A stretch of 64,000 nt of DNA from a virus: positions 135,866-199,865 of IMG/VR virus record IMGVR_UViG_3300032753_000003, one strand, 5' to 3'. The position numbers and the translations under genes are program-made. The notes beneath the pieces were generated by a model. That model had not been told where the DNA came from and did not search any database. It saw only the letters and a list, made by a program, of their open reading frames with translations. Position 1 is the first letter of the stretch; each line of letters begins with the position of its first letter. This document shows positions 1 through 8,156 of the stretch, piece after piece.

Positions 1-1
1 A

Positions 2-2011
2 TCATTTAGCTACAGCTCAGCAAACACATTGCAAACTTTTGTTGTACCGCCAAATGTAACCAAGATAACTGCAAAGTTATGGGGACCGGGCGGCGCTGGT
101 GGTCCAAATTTTAATGGTATAACCAAAGTATACGACGGCGGTGCAGGTGTTTTTGTACAGGCTACTATACCAGTAACACCTGGAGAAACTCTAATTATTT
201 CTATAGGTGGGGGAGGATTAGCAGGCCAGATTGGTACAAGTCCTCTAGGAGAGGATTGCATAGGCGGTGGTGGTGGAGGTTTCACTGCCATATACAGAGG
301 TACAGAACCGTTGGTCATAGCCGGCGGCGGCGGCGGATCGCCTGCTAACAATCATAGAACTGATTTAGATGCAGGGTGGGGCGGAAATGCAGGTATTATA
401 GAAGGATTTCACGGTGTTTCTTGTACGGGTAATGTAGTTGCAACTGGAGGTTCACAAACACAAGGAGGATTGGGCCAAAACGGAATATTTGGATCTTGGC
501 TCAAGGGTGCATCGGGCGGATATACAAATCCTTATGACAACGGAGGAATCAATAGCGGCGGACCAGGGGGCGGAACTTGGGGAGCAGCCGGCGGTGGTGC
601 AGGTTATTGGGGAGGTGGTGCAGGCGATGCTCAAGATCCAAACGTGTCAACCAGTAGATCTAGTTGCGGCGGCGGAGGTGGCAGCTCATATATAAGTCAA
701 AGTTCTACAAATAGCATTGGATGCATTAGCCGAGATCGTATCACAGCGCCAATGAATTTAGATCCAGATTGCAATGAAAATGTCGGATGCGGCGGTCAAT
801 GCGGTAAGAAAAAAGGGGATAATGGCTACGATGGCGGCGGAGGTGCCGTTGTGATTTATTGTATAAATGAGACTGCACCGGATACTCCTTATAGCTGGAC
901 CATACAGGCTAAAACAGATAATTATGTTGGGTTAAACGAGGCCAACGGTAGCTTGTTACATTTCAAATCTATTATCTCTACAGGTTCAAGTAGTGTTATG
1001 GTAGATGGTACTACTGCTAGCAATGTTAGTCGTAGAAAAGCCTCAGGTGTATTAACCATAGCAGAACCAATATTCTCAACAATTAATGCATTATCAAATA
1101 TACCAATACCTGTACCAGTTCAGTCACCGTTATTGGGTCCAGCAACAACACCTGTTCCAACACCAAATCCGCTACCGGCACCTGTTCCTGTACCAACACC
1201 TACTGCGATACCTATTCCAACAGTGCTTTCGATCACTCCAACTAGTGGGCCAACTACGGGCGGTGCGCAAACTACTATCAGTGGCAATAACTTCATTGGT
1301 GCTACAACTGTAAATTTTGGGTCTACCGCTGCAACAAGTTTCTCTGTTACTAACTCTACCACTATCACATCTGTAACACCTGCCGGCACTGTTGGTACTG
1401 TTAATGTTTCAGTGACAACATCTAGCGGTACTGGAACCGGAATAAACTTGTTCACATATGTAGCACCGCCGCTACCTTCGCCGGCGTGTGTGCCTTCAAA
1501 TATATATACTGCTGTATATTCTTATCCTCAACCAGGATGGACCGGAACTCCTGTACTGACATTTGATAACTTATTACCAATAAACATAACTTTAAATAAT
1601 AGACAAGAGATGCTCAATTATTTTGGAATACCAAACGATTCTAGTACGATCACAAACAGTTGGTGTACACGATGGTTAGGTTATATAGAAGTACCGGCAA
1701 GCGGCACATGGACTTTCACTTTAAATCATTCTCATGGGCTTTGGTTATGGTTAAATGGAAATATTATCATAAACAATGACGATGTTGGTAACGATAGCTA
1801 CGATGTTGCATTAACAGCAGGTAAGAAATATAGTTGGCAATTGGATATGGAACACGAGGAAAACGAAGGGTTCGAGTATCCTTTTTATGTAACTGCTTAT
1901 TGGAAAGGTCCTACTGTTCCAAAACTAACAGTAATACCATCTAGTGCGTTCTGCTTTGATCCAAATAATCCACCTCCTGCAAAATTACCGGTTGACAAAG
2001 TTAACGATTGA
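2..2011 (+). CDS. Gly-rich virion fibre/adhesin with IPT/TIG and PA14-like domains (5'-partial, runs off window)
   Basis: Frame is open from position 2 (SFSYSSANTLQTFVVP...). GGGGG-rich N-terminus, Pro/Thr linker, IPT/TIG motif (ITPTSGPTTGG...TISGNNF...VNFG), PA14-like motif (RWLGYIEVPASGTWTF...LWLNGNIIINND). Confidence 0.75.
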   Translation, partial: SFSYSSANTLQTFVVPPNVTKITAKLWGPGGAGGPNFNGITKVYDGGAGVFVQATIPVTPGETLIISIGGGGLAGQIGTSPLGEDCIGGGGGGFTAIYRGTEPLVIAGGGGGSPANNHRTDLDAGWGGNAGIIEGFHGVSCTGNVVATGGSQTQGGLGQNGIFGSWLKGASGGYTNPYDNGGINSGGPGGGTWGAAGGGAGYWGGGAGDAQDPNVSTSRSSCGGGGGSSYISQSSTNSIGCISRDRITAPMNLDPDCNENVGCGGQCGKKKGDNGYDGGGGAVVIYCINETAPDTPYSWTIQAKTDNYVGLNEANGSLLHFKSIISTGSSSVMVDGTTASNVSRRKASGVLTIAEPIFSTINALSNIPIPVPVQSPLLGPATTPVPTPNPLPAPVPVPTPTAIPIPTVLSITPTSGPTTGGAQTTISGNNFIGATTVNFGSTAATSFSVTNSTTITSVTPAGTVGTVNVSVTTSSGTGTGINLFTYVAPPLPSPACVPSNIYTAVYSYPQPGWTGTPVLTFDNLLPINITLNNRQEMLNYFGIPNDSSTITNSWCTRWLGYIEVPASGTWTFTLNHSHGLWLWLNGNIIINNDDVGNDSYDVALTAGKKYSWQLDMEHEENEGFEYPFYVTAYWKGPTVPKLTVIPSSAFCFDPNNPPPAKLPVDKVND

Positions 2012-2022
2012 TTGTATAAATA
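1992..2022 (+). promoter_or_regulatory. Sigma70-type promoter overlapping a T4-type late promoter
   Basis: TTGACA(1992-1997)-N17-TATAAA(2015-2020); 2015-2022 also reads TATAAATA. Confidence 0.75.
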
Positions 2023-2045
2023 CATTTAACATAGGAACTGTAAAA

Positions 2046-2114
2046 ATGATGACTCGACCAATGACACAACCTACTACATGCCCACGCTGTGGGAACGGGG
2101 GTTCTGTGACTTGA
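2046..2114 (+). CDS. Putative attenuator leader peptide MMTRPMTQPTTCPRCGNGGSVT
   Basis: AGGA Shine-Dalgarno at ~2033-2036, ATG at 2046, TGA at 2112-2114; lies between the promoter and a terminator ahead of the tRNA genes. Confidence 0.6.
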   Translation: MMTRPMTQPTTCPRCGNGGSVT

Positions 2115-2142
2115 GCTAGTTATCTAATAGCTAAAGTTTAAC

Positions 2143-2178
2143 AAACCCTCGAAACGAAAGTTTCGAGGGTTTTCTTTT
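2143..2178 (+). terminator. Intrinsic terminator (attenuator-like)
   Basis: Perfect 13-bp stem AAACCCTCGAAAC/GTTTCGAGGGTTT, GAAA loop, T-rich tail. Confidence 0.85.
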
Positions 2179-2203
2179 ATGAAAGGAATGTAACGAAACA
2201 AAA

Positions 2204-2276
2204 CAGGGTAAAGCTCGTGCTAGAAGAGCACCGCTCTCGGAAAGCGGAGGTTGGTGGGCAGAACACCATACCCTGA
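2204..2276 (+). tRNA. tRNA-Pro(CGG)-like gene with non-canonical T-loop, no encoded CCA
   Basis: Cloverleaf: CAGGGTA/TACCCTG acceptor, GCTC/GAGC D stem, CCGCT-CTCGGAA-AGCGG anticodon arm, TGGTG-GGCAGAA-CACCA T arm; C1:G72 and A73 as in tRNA-Pro. Confidence 0.65.
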
Positions 2277-2294
2277 CATCAAGTGTGTTATTTG

Positions 2295-2302
2295 TATAAA
2301 TA
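2295..2302 (+). promoter_or_regulatory. T4-type late promoter upstream of the GIY-YIG endonuclease
   Basis: TATAAATA. Confidence 0.6.
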
Positions 2303-2346
2303 ACTGAGACGTTATACAAATAACACACTTTATATAATGAGGCCAG

Positions 2347-2934
2347 ATGTTTTATACAGTATACAAAATAACAAATATAGTAAATGAGAAATATTATATA
2401 GGTAAGCATCAAACTAAAGAGTTAGATGACAATTATATGGGATCAGGTAAAGCATTAAAGGTTGCTATAAACAAATACGGTATTGAAAGTTTCAAAAAGG
2501 AAGTACTTTACATATTTGATAATGAATCAGACATGAACGCTAAGGAAAAAGAATTAGTTGTTATAAATGACCAAACATACAATTTATGCGACGGCGGAAA
2601 AGGTGGGTTCTCTTATATCAATAGAAATAAATTGAATGTAGCACATATAACAACTGAAAATGCAAAAGAATTAAGTAGGAAAGCAAACGAAGCTAAGTTA
2701 CATAAGGCTAAAACTGACCCAGCATGGAAGGAAGAATATAATAAGAAATTAAGTGACTCACGACGTGGAAATAAAAATCACAGGTATGGTAAACCTGCGT
2801 CGAACAAAGGTAAAAAATTAAGTAATGAGGTGCGAGAGCGAATGCGATTGGCATCTATTAAGCGCGAAGCTGAACGAAGAGAGTCAGGGTATTATTTAGA
2901 AAAATATCCAAAAAAAGATAGGAATGTACACTAA
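2347..2934 (+). CDS. Free-standing GIY-YIG homing endonuclease (Seg-like) with NUMOD3-like motifs
   Basis: VYKITN...YYIGKH...YMGSG...KYGIESFKKEVL; C-terminal GNKNHRYGK and KGKKLSNEVRERM motifs. Confidence 0.9.
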   Translation: MFYTVYKITNIVNEKYYIGKHQTKELDDNYMGSGKALKVAINKYGIESFKKEVLYIFDNESDMNAKEKELVVINDQTYNLCDGGKGGFSYINRNKLNVAHITTENAKELSRKANEAKLHKAKTDPAWKEEYNKKLSDSRRGNKNHRYGKPASNKGKKLSNEVRERMRLASIKREAERRESGYYLEKYPKKDRNVH

Positions 2935-2962
2935 GAAGTATTATATATAGATTGAAAATTTA

Positions 2963-3036
2963 GCTCTTATAGTTAAATGGTATAACAGTTGCCTTGTAAG
3001 CATCAATTCCTAGTTCGATTCTAGGTGGGAGCACCA
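2963..3036 (+). tRNA. tRNA-Thr(TGT)
   Basis: Cloverleaf, anticodon loop CTTGTAA, TTCGATT T-loop, 3' CCA. Confidence 0.95.
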
Positions 3037-3041
3037 AATTT

Positions 3042-3120
3042 GCCGTCGTAGCTCAACTGGAATTAGAGCGCTGGTCTACGAAACCGGAGGTTGGGGGTTC
3101 GAGTCCCTCCGACGGCACCA
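3042..3120 (+). tRNA. tRNA-Arg(ACG)
   Basis: GCCGTCG/CGACGGC acceptor, loop CTACGAA, TTCGAGT T-loop, CCA. Confidence 0.95.
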
Positions 3121-3125
3121 TTAAT

Positions 3126-3199
3126 GTTCCGGTGGCAGAGTAGTAATGTGCCAAGCTGCAACCTTGGTTATGAGTGTGCGATTCACTCCCGGAACTCCA
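3126..3199 (+). tRNA. tRNA-Cys(GCA)
   Basis: GTTCCGG/CCGGAAC acceptor, loop CTGCAAC, T73 discriminator, CCA; T-loop variant TGCGATT. Confidence 0.9.
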
Positions 3200-4198
3200 T
3201 CAACCATCTTCCTTCCTTAGAAAGAAATATTTGCGAAGATCACTGGCTAGTGTACCCTGTGGATCACTCCATTCCCATGTTCGATTGCTTGCCAATCGTA
3301 TATCTCGATTGGGATCAAATCCGTATTCTGCTAATATCTTATGCCTGCCTCTATAATTCCTATCAGACATTTGACCATGCCACAAATGATAGATAGCACC
3401 GTCTAGATCATCCAGTTTAGATAATAGGCCAGCATCAGTTGCTCGTTGTGCCCAATCTTCTATAGTTTGTTTGTGTGCTGCACTAACTGCTCTTAATTCA
3501 AAGAACTTGTTTAAATTTCCCAGCAGCGAGAACACTTGTGCAGAATCACCTCCGCCTATGATATTAACGTCATGTAACCCACACAGTTCTAATTGTGACC
3601 TGAGAGCTACCCATGCCATACCGTATGCATTGTATTGATACAAACCATTGTGGTAATTGGTGAAATTACCAGTAGATCTAGCCTGAACTATTTTTATTTC
3701 ATTGTCATAAAACTCGTCGTTGCGTATTGCCTTAGCTATCGATGCTGAAGAAAACATCGGTTTTACTGTTCTACATTTTATTGCATCAACATCGCTGGTT
3801 ATTAATTCGTTTGGTAGATAATAGTTTATTCTAAATGGCTGCAACAAGCCTCCGCCATTAGCATCTAGCTTGGCCATAGCCTTATTAGCCCAATTGACAT
3901 CTTCCCAGATTATGTCGCAGTCTGCCCATGCTACATATCTAACATGTTTTGGTAACTTAGATATGCCTATGTTGATTAGTCGTTCCTTTTGCCATATGGC
4001 ATCTTCACCTACCAGTTGGATCACAATATCAGCATCTGTTGAGCTTAATTGGAATTCGCCTGATTTTGATAATTCAACTACCATGAGAGGAACACCAAGG
4101 TTCCTTCTAAACGCACAGAAGTTCTCAAATCTTTTCTTGTAACCTGCAGGATTATAATATGAGGTTATGACCCACAGTGGATAATTTAAGTCGCGCAT
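3200..4198 (-). CDS. Putative glycosyltransferase-like protein
   Basis: 332 aa; WQKERLIN...YVAWADCD (DxD-like)...IGGGD...HLWHG, a GT-A-like pattern. Confidence 0.55.
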   Translation of the reverse strand: MRDLNYPLWVITSYYNPAGYKKRFENFCAFRRNLGVPLMVVELSKSGEFQLSSTDADIVIQLVGEDAIWQKERLINIGISKLPKHVRYVAWADCDIIWEDVNWANKAMAKLDANGGGLLQPFRINYYLPNELITSDVDAIKCRTVKPMFSSASIAKAIRNDEFYDNEIKIVQARSTGNFTNYHNGLYQYNAYGMAWVALRSQLELCGLHDVNIIGGGDSAQVFSLLGNLNKFFELRAVSAAHKQTIEDWAQRATDAGLLSKLDDLDGAIYHLWHGQMSDRNYRGRHKILAEYGFDPNRDIRLASNRTWEWSDPQGTLASDLRKYFFLRKEDG

Positions 4199-4203
4199 GT
4201 GTA

Positions 4204-5583
4204 TTATATCTTTGATATGAATGGACGCAGTTTGCCTGCTGCTGTTCTAGGTAATTCATTGTGATAGGTGACAGATATATCAAACTCATTTCGAGCCAAT
4301 AATTCTGCACATCTTTTTATCTTGGCATCTTCTTGGATGGTCAATGGTCTAGATACTGCTACTTTTAATTCCAATTGATCATAAGATTCTTGCACGATTT
4401 GATATTCCTTAACGGCTGTGATCGAAGACATAGAATAATGATTGATATCAACTCGACGTTTATGCCCAGATCTAGATATTAAGTAATCACCTGTTCTACC
4501 TATTATAGATTTTAATGTAGGTAATCCTCTTCTGCAAGAACAGGGTTCGCCAAACATAGATTCATCGCCAAGTTCATATCGCAACAGCGGCATTGCAAAA
4601 TTATGCAATGGTGTTACCACAACTTTGCCAGTTTGTCCAATAGCACAAGGGTTGTTGTGTTCATCTAGTATTTCTAACAGCACAGCTTCTGATTGTACAT
4701 GATAGTGATAGTGTTGCGGACATTGTAATGCAAGATATCCAGTTTCTGCAGATGAATAATTATCTATTATTTTGCAATTCAATATTTCCATACAACGCAT
4801 TCTCAATGATTCATTTACCAATTCGCTAGCTGTCCAAACTGATCTAACTGAAGGTAGTTTGATTTTATTTTCCGCGCAATAAGACAGCAATAATTGTAGA
4901 TGGCTGGGAAATGTGAATATGTAACTGGCATTCAATCGCTGTATGAATTCAATTTGATATTCTATTGGTTGTTTTGGATTCATCAATCCCATCTTACCTG
5001 TATGCCACACTAGGTTAGCAGGTCTTCCCCAATCTGGCAATACTACTCCTTGTCGAGAATTTATAGCATTTACTACGTCCCTAGGGATACCATCTGGTAC
5101 ACCTCTCAATCTAACAATTGTACCATCAAATGTGGGCCTATGCCAAAGTTCTTCTCTGATGTTTAAACTTTCCCAAACGAGGCTATCTAATCCTGATTTT
5201 TTAATGCGAACAGGAATACCGCTGGATCCTCCAGACGCTATGATATTGGTGTCACCAAATGCTGAAGACAAATTAACAGCATGCAAGCTATCGCCTAAGG
5301 TTTGCACATCTTTTCTTGTTAGCGTTGGTAAGCGTAACCATGCAGCAGGATCTATTGGCAAATTGGGCACAATGCCAACTGATTTCAATCTATCTGCATA
5401 AAATGGTATTTTGGCAGCGTGTTCTACTAAAACTGATAACTGTTTCCATTGAGCATCTTTGATCTCATCAGATGACCAATATTGAGTACTGTCGTATTGC
5501 CGTTGCAAACTCATCAATTCGGCAGCACGGCCGCCTTGAAATGCTGGCCATTTGATAGCATCAAGTGCCGATTTAAGCGTCAT
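4204..5583 (-). CDS. Phenylacetate-CoA ligase/CapK family adenylate-forming enzyme
   Basis: IPFY...LPTLTR...SGGSSGIP P-loop...YSSAETG...PLLRYELGD...IIGR...PRTAAGKLR. Confidence 0.85.
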   Translation of the reverse strand: MTLKSALDAIKWPAFQGGRAAELMSLQRQYDSTQYWSSDEIKDAQWKQLSVLVEHAAKIPFYADRLKSVGIVPNLPIDPAAWLRLPTLTRKDVQTLGDSLHAVNLSSAFGDTNIIASGGSSGIPVRIKKSGLDSLVWESLNIREELWHRPTFDGTIVRLRGVPDGIPRDVVNAINSRQGVVLPDWGRPANLVWHTGKMGLMNPKQPIEYQIEFIQRLNASYIFTFPSHLQLLLSYCAENKIKLPSVRSVWTASELVNESLRMRCMEILNCKIIDNYSSAETGYLALQCPQHYHYHVQSEAVLLEILDEHNNPCAIGQTGKVVVTPLHNFAMPLLRYELGDESMFGEPCSCRRGLPTLKSIIGRTGDYLISRSGHKRRVDINHYSMSSITAVKEYQIVQESYDQLELKVAVSRPLTIQEDAKIKRCAELLARNEFDISVTYHNELPRTAAGKLRPFISKI

Positions 5584-5936
5584 TAAACGGTGAATACATT
5601 ACTTAGATCACTCTGCACAATCACGTTGTTCTGAGATAATACAGATTGAACTGCAGTTGTGTCAGGTGAGTTGAGATTTATTACCATTCCAAATTTGGTA
5701 TTGCGTACCCATGTAGCTAGAGTCTTAGAACCGGCTGCCCACTGTTTAGCAGCTTCTGCTTGTATAGCAGCTTGTTGATCAGATGTAAATCGAGACCAAA
5801 TTGTAGTACCCAGCACCAGAGGTTGAACAGGAGGTGTCGGAACCGCATTTATTTGATTGGTAGCATCGGTTATCTGTTGAGCAGTGGGTTCAGCAGTTGG
5901 TGATATAGTTGTTCCATTAAGTAAATTCCAAGTCAT
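5583..5936 (-). CDS. Hypothetical protein (possible fibre accessory)
   Basis: 117 aa ORF translationally coupled to its neighbours. Confidence 0.6.
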   Translation of the reverse strand: MTWNLLNGTTISPTAEPTAQQITDATNQINAVPTPPVQPLVLGTTIWSRFTSDQQAAIQAEAAKQWAAGSKTLATWVRNTKFGMVINLNSPDTTAVQSVLSQNNVIVQSDLSNVFTV

Positions 5937-5947
5937 ATCAAATTCCT

Positions 5948-8104
5948 TTAATTATAATATACCGACCAATTTTTTGCGATAAGGTTAGCCAAAGCTGATG
6001 CACTAGCTCCTGTTGGTGATCCGTTTGAACCGCCGCTTAGATCCACATAACCAAAAGATTGACCATATGTATCTAACAATATTATTATGTTATCAACTGC
6101 AGTTGAAGTCAAAGAGTTGCTGCCAAAATATAAAGTTTTTAAAGAATAACATCCTGTAATATCAACTGTAGTCAGTAAATTCTCAATACAACTTAATGTT
6201 GAAAGTGATTGATTATTGTTAAGAGACAACGTTGTTAATGAATTGTTAAAACAAGATACTATGTTCCAACCAACAGGTATAGAAAGTGTAGAAAGAGCGC
6301 AACTATAGCAGTAGAGTTCAGTTGATGTATTGGAAGTCTTTGCAGCACCCAATGTCAAAGTACCCAAACTTGAGTTATTTGATACGTCTAGATATGTCAA
6401 CGACAATATGCTAACATCAAGAGTTGTAAAAGAATTGTTATTTAAGGTTAAACTTGTTAATGCTGTATCTCCGTAAAAATCAATAGAAGATAATGAGTTG
6501 TGGCTTGCATCTACTGTGGTAAGCAGTGGTTTACCGCTAATGCTCAGAGACGTTAAACTATTATTATTACAAAACAGTGAAGTTAACGGTGTATTAGCCA
6601 AATTTAACGAAGTGATAGAATTATAATTGCAATATACAGTTGCTAGATAATGCAGCGAAGATAAGTCTAAGCTGGTTATTGAGTTAGATTCGCAACTGAG
6701 ATAATTCAAATAGGTAGTACTTGAAAAGTCTAATGCAGTTAGAGAATTACTACCACAATATAATGTATATAATCCGGAACATCCTGCTAATGTTAAACTG
6801 GTTAAACTGTTTGACATACAACGGAGTGAACAATTGAACGAAGTAAAACAGTTGGTTGCATCTAAACTTGTGAGCAAATTATTGGAACATTCTAAATAGA
6901 CTAGAGATCCATTTATATTATCAAGTGTTAAGGTTGTTAGTTGGTTTGTTTGGCAATACAATAACTGTAACGAGGAACATGTGGAAACATCTAGTGTTGA
7001 AATTGTGTTATACGAACAATTAATGTATACTAATGAAGTATCATTGGCGACATTTAATGATGTCATAGACGGATAATTATCGAAACATTTTAGATTGTAT
7101 AAATTAGTAAATCCAGATAGATCAATAGTTGATATTCCGGTGTAAGAAATATTTAATGTTTCTAAACTTGAATCGCCAGTCAAAGTAAGTGATGTTAACG
7201 AAGTGTTAAATGATAAATCAAGATATGTAAGATTTGATAATCCCGTAGCATCAACTGCGGTCAAATTGTTATCATTGCAATCTAAATAAGTTAAGCTAGT
7301 GCATCCGGCAACATTCAAATTGGTCAAATCGTTATAATAGGCTTTTACAGTTGTTAAATTAGTCATGCTACCTAGATCTAATGACTGCAAATTGTTATTA
7401 TTACATATCAACGTTCGTAAAATTGGAGCAGCATTTGCAGTCAAAGATGTTAGTCGATTTTCATAGCATGTCAATGTAGTTAGTGCCGTTAACCCTGTTA
7501 GATCGATCGTTGTTAGCAGGTTTGAAGCTACATTTACATTTGATAAAACAATGTCGCCGGTTAGATTTATTGTGCTGAGTTGATTTCCTTCGGCACCTAT
7601 GTAATTCAATGATGTGCAATTTGAAACATCTAGAGATGTAAAATTGTTATTAACAACATACCTGCTATTAGGATCGTGGAATGCTCCCATAACTAGTTGT
7701 TCTAGTTGTCGATCATTAGCAAAGCTTACAGCACCAGAGAAACCGCCGCCTTCTAGATAAACATACTGATAATTAGGGCCCGTAGGTCCAGTTGGTCCGG
7801 TTGGACCGGTTGCACCTGCACCCATACTTGAACCGGGAGGTCCAGGAGGTCCTGGAGGTCTTTCTGCACCTGCAGGACCAGTTGGGCCATAATTACCGGT
7901 TGCTACAGTACAATTTATAACAACGTCAGCAGAACCGCTATCGATAATAGCATTGCCAGTTACATCACCGGTTAATGTGATATGTTTACCTTGGAGAGCT
8001 TCGATCTCAGTCTTAATAGTACTGAAATTGTCCCTGAACCCTCGGCTGCTTTGATCAATGCCTGGTATTGGAAAGTTTGGATTTACTCTGCTGATTGCTA
8101 CCAT
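5948..8104 (-). CDS. Leucine-rich-repeat virion protein with N-terminal anchor and short collagen-like neck
   Basis: About 25 LRRs (LTxLxCxxNxLTSLD); GPTGP repeats; N-terminal NPNFPIPGxDQSSxGFRDNF motif. Confidence 0.8.
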   Translation of the reverse strand: MVAISRVNPNFPIPGIDQSSRGFRDNFSTIKTEIEALQGKHITLTGDVTGNAIIDSGSADVVINCTVATGNYGPTGPAGAERPPGPPGPPGSSMGAGATGPTGPTGPTGPNYQYVYLEGGGFSGAVSFANDRQLEQLVMGAFHDPNSRYVVNNNFTSLDVSNCTSLNYIGAEGNQLSTINLTGDIVLSNVNVASNLLTTIDLTGLTALTTLTCYENRLTSLTANAAPILRTLICNNNNLQSLDLGSMTNLTTVKAYYNDLTNLNVAGCTSLTYLDCNDNNLTAVDATGLSNLTYLDLSFNTSLTSLTLTGDSSLETLNISYTGISTIDLSGFTNLYNLKCFDNYPSMTSLNVANDTSLVYINCSYNTISTLDVSTCSSLQLLYCQTNQLTTLTLDNINGSLVYLECSNNLLTSLDATNCFTSFNCSLRCMSNSLTSLTLAGCSGLYTLYCGSNSLTALDFSSTTYLNYLSCESNSITSLDLSSLHYLATVYCNYNSITSLNLANTPLTSLFCNNNSLTSLSISGKPLLTTVDASHNSLSSIDFYGDTALTSLTLNNNSFTTLDVSILSLTYLDVSNNSSLGTLTLGAAKTSNTSTELYCYSCALSTLSIPVGWNIVSCFNNSLTTLSLNNNQSLSTLSCIENLLTTVDITGCYSLKTLYFGSNSLTSTAVDNIIILLDTYGQSFGYVDLSGGSNGSPTGASASALANLIAKNWSVYYN

Positions 8105-8156
8105 TTCATCATATTCCTATCTGGATGCGCAATATTTAGCCATGTTAATGGCACTA

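Noticed and set aside
3091..3396. Plus-strand ORFs 3091-3396 and 3174-3356
   Set aside because: They overlap tRNA genes and the antisense strand of the glycosyltransferase-like gene.
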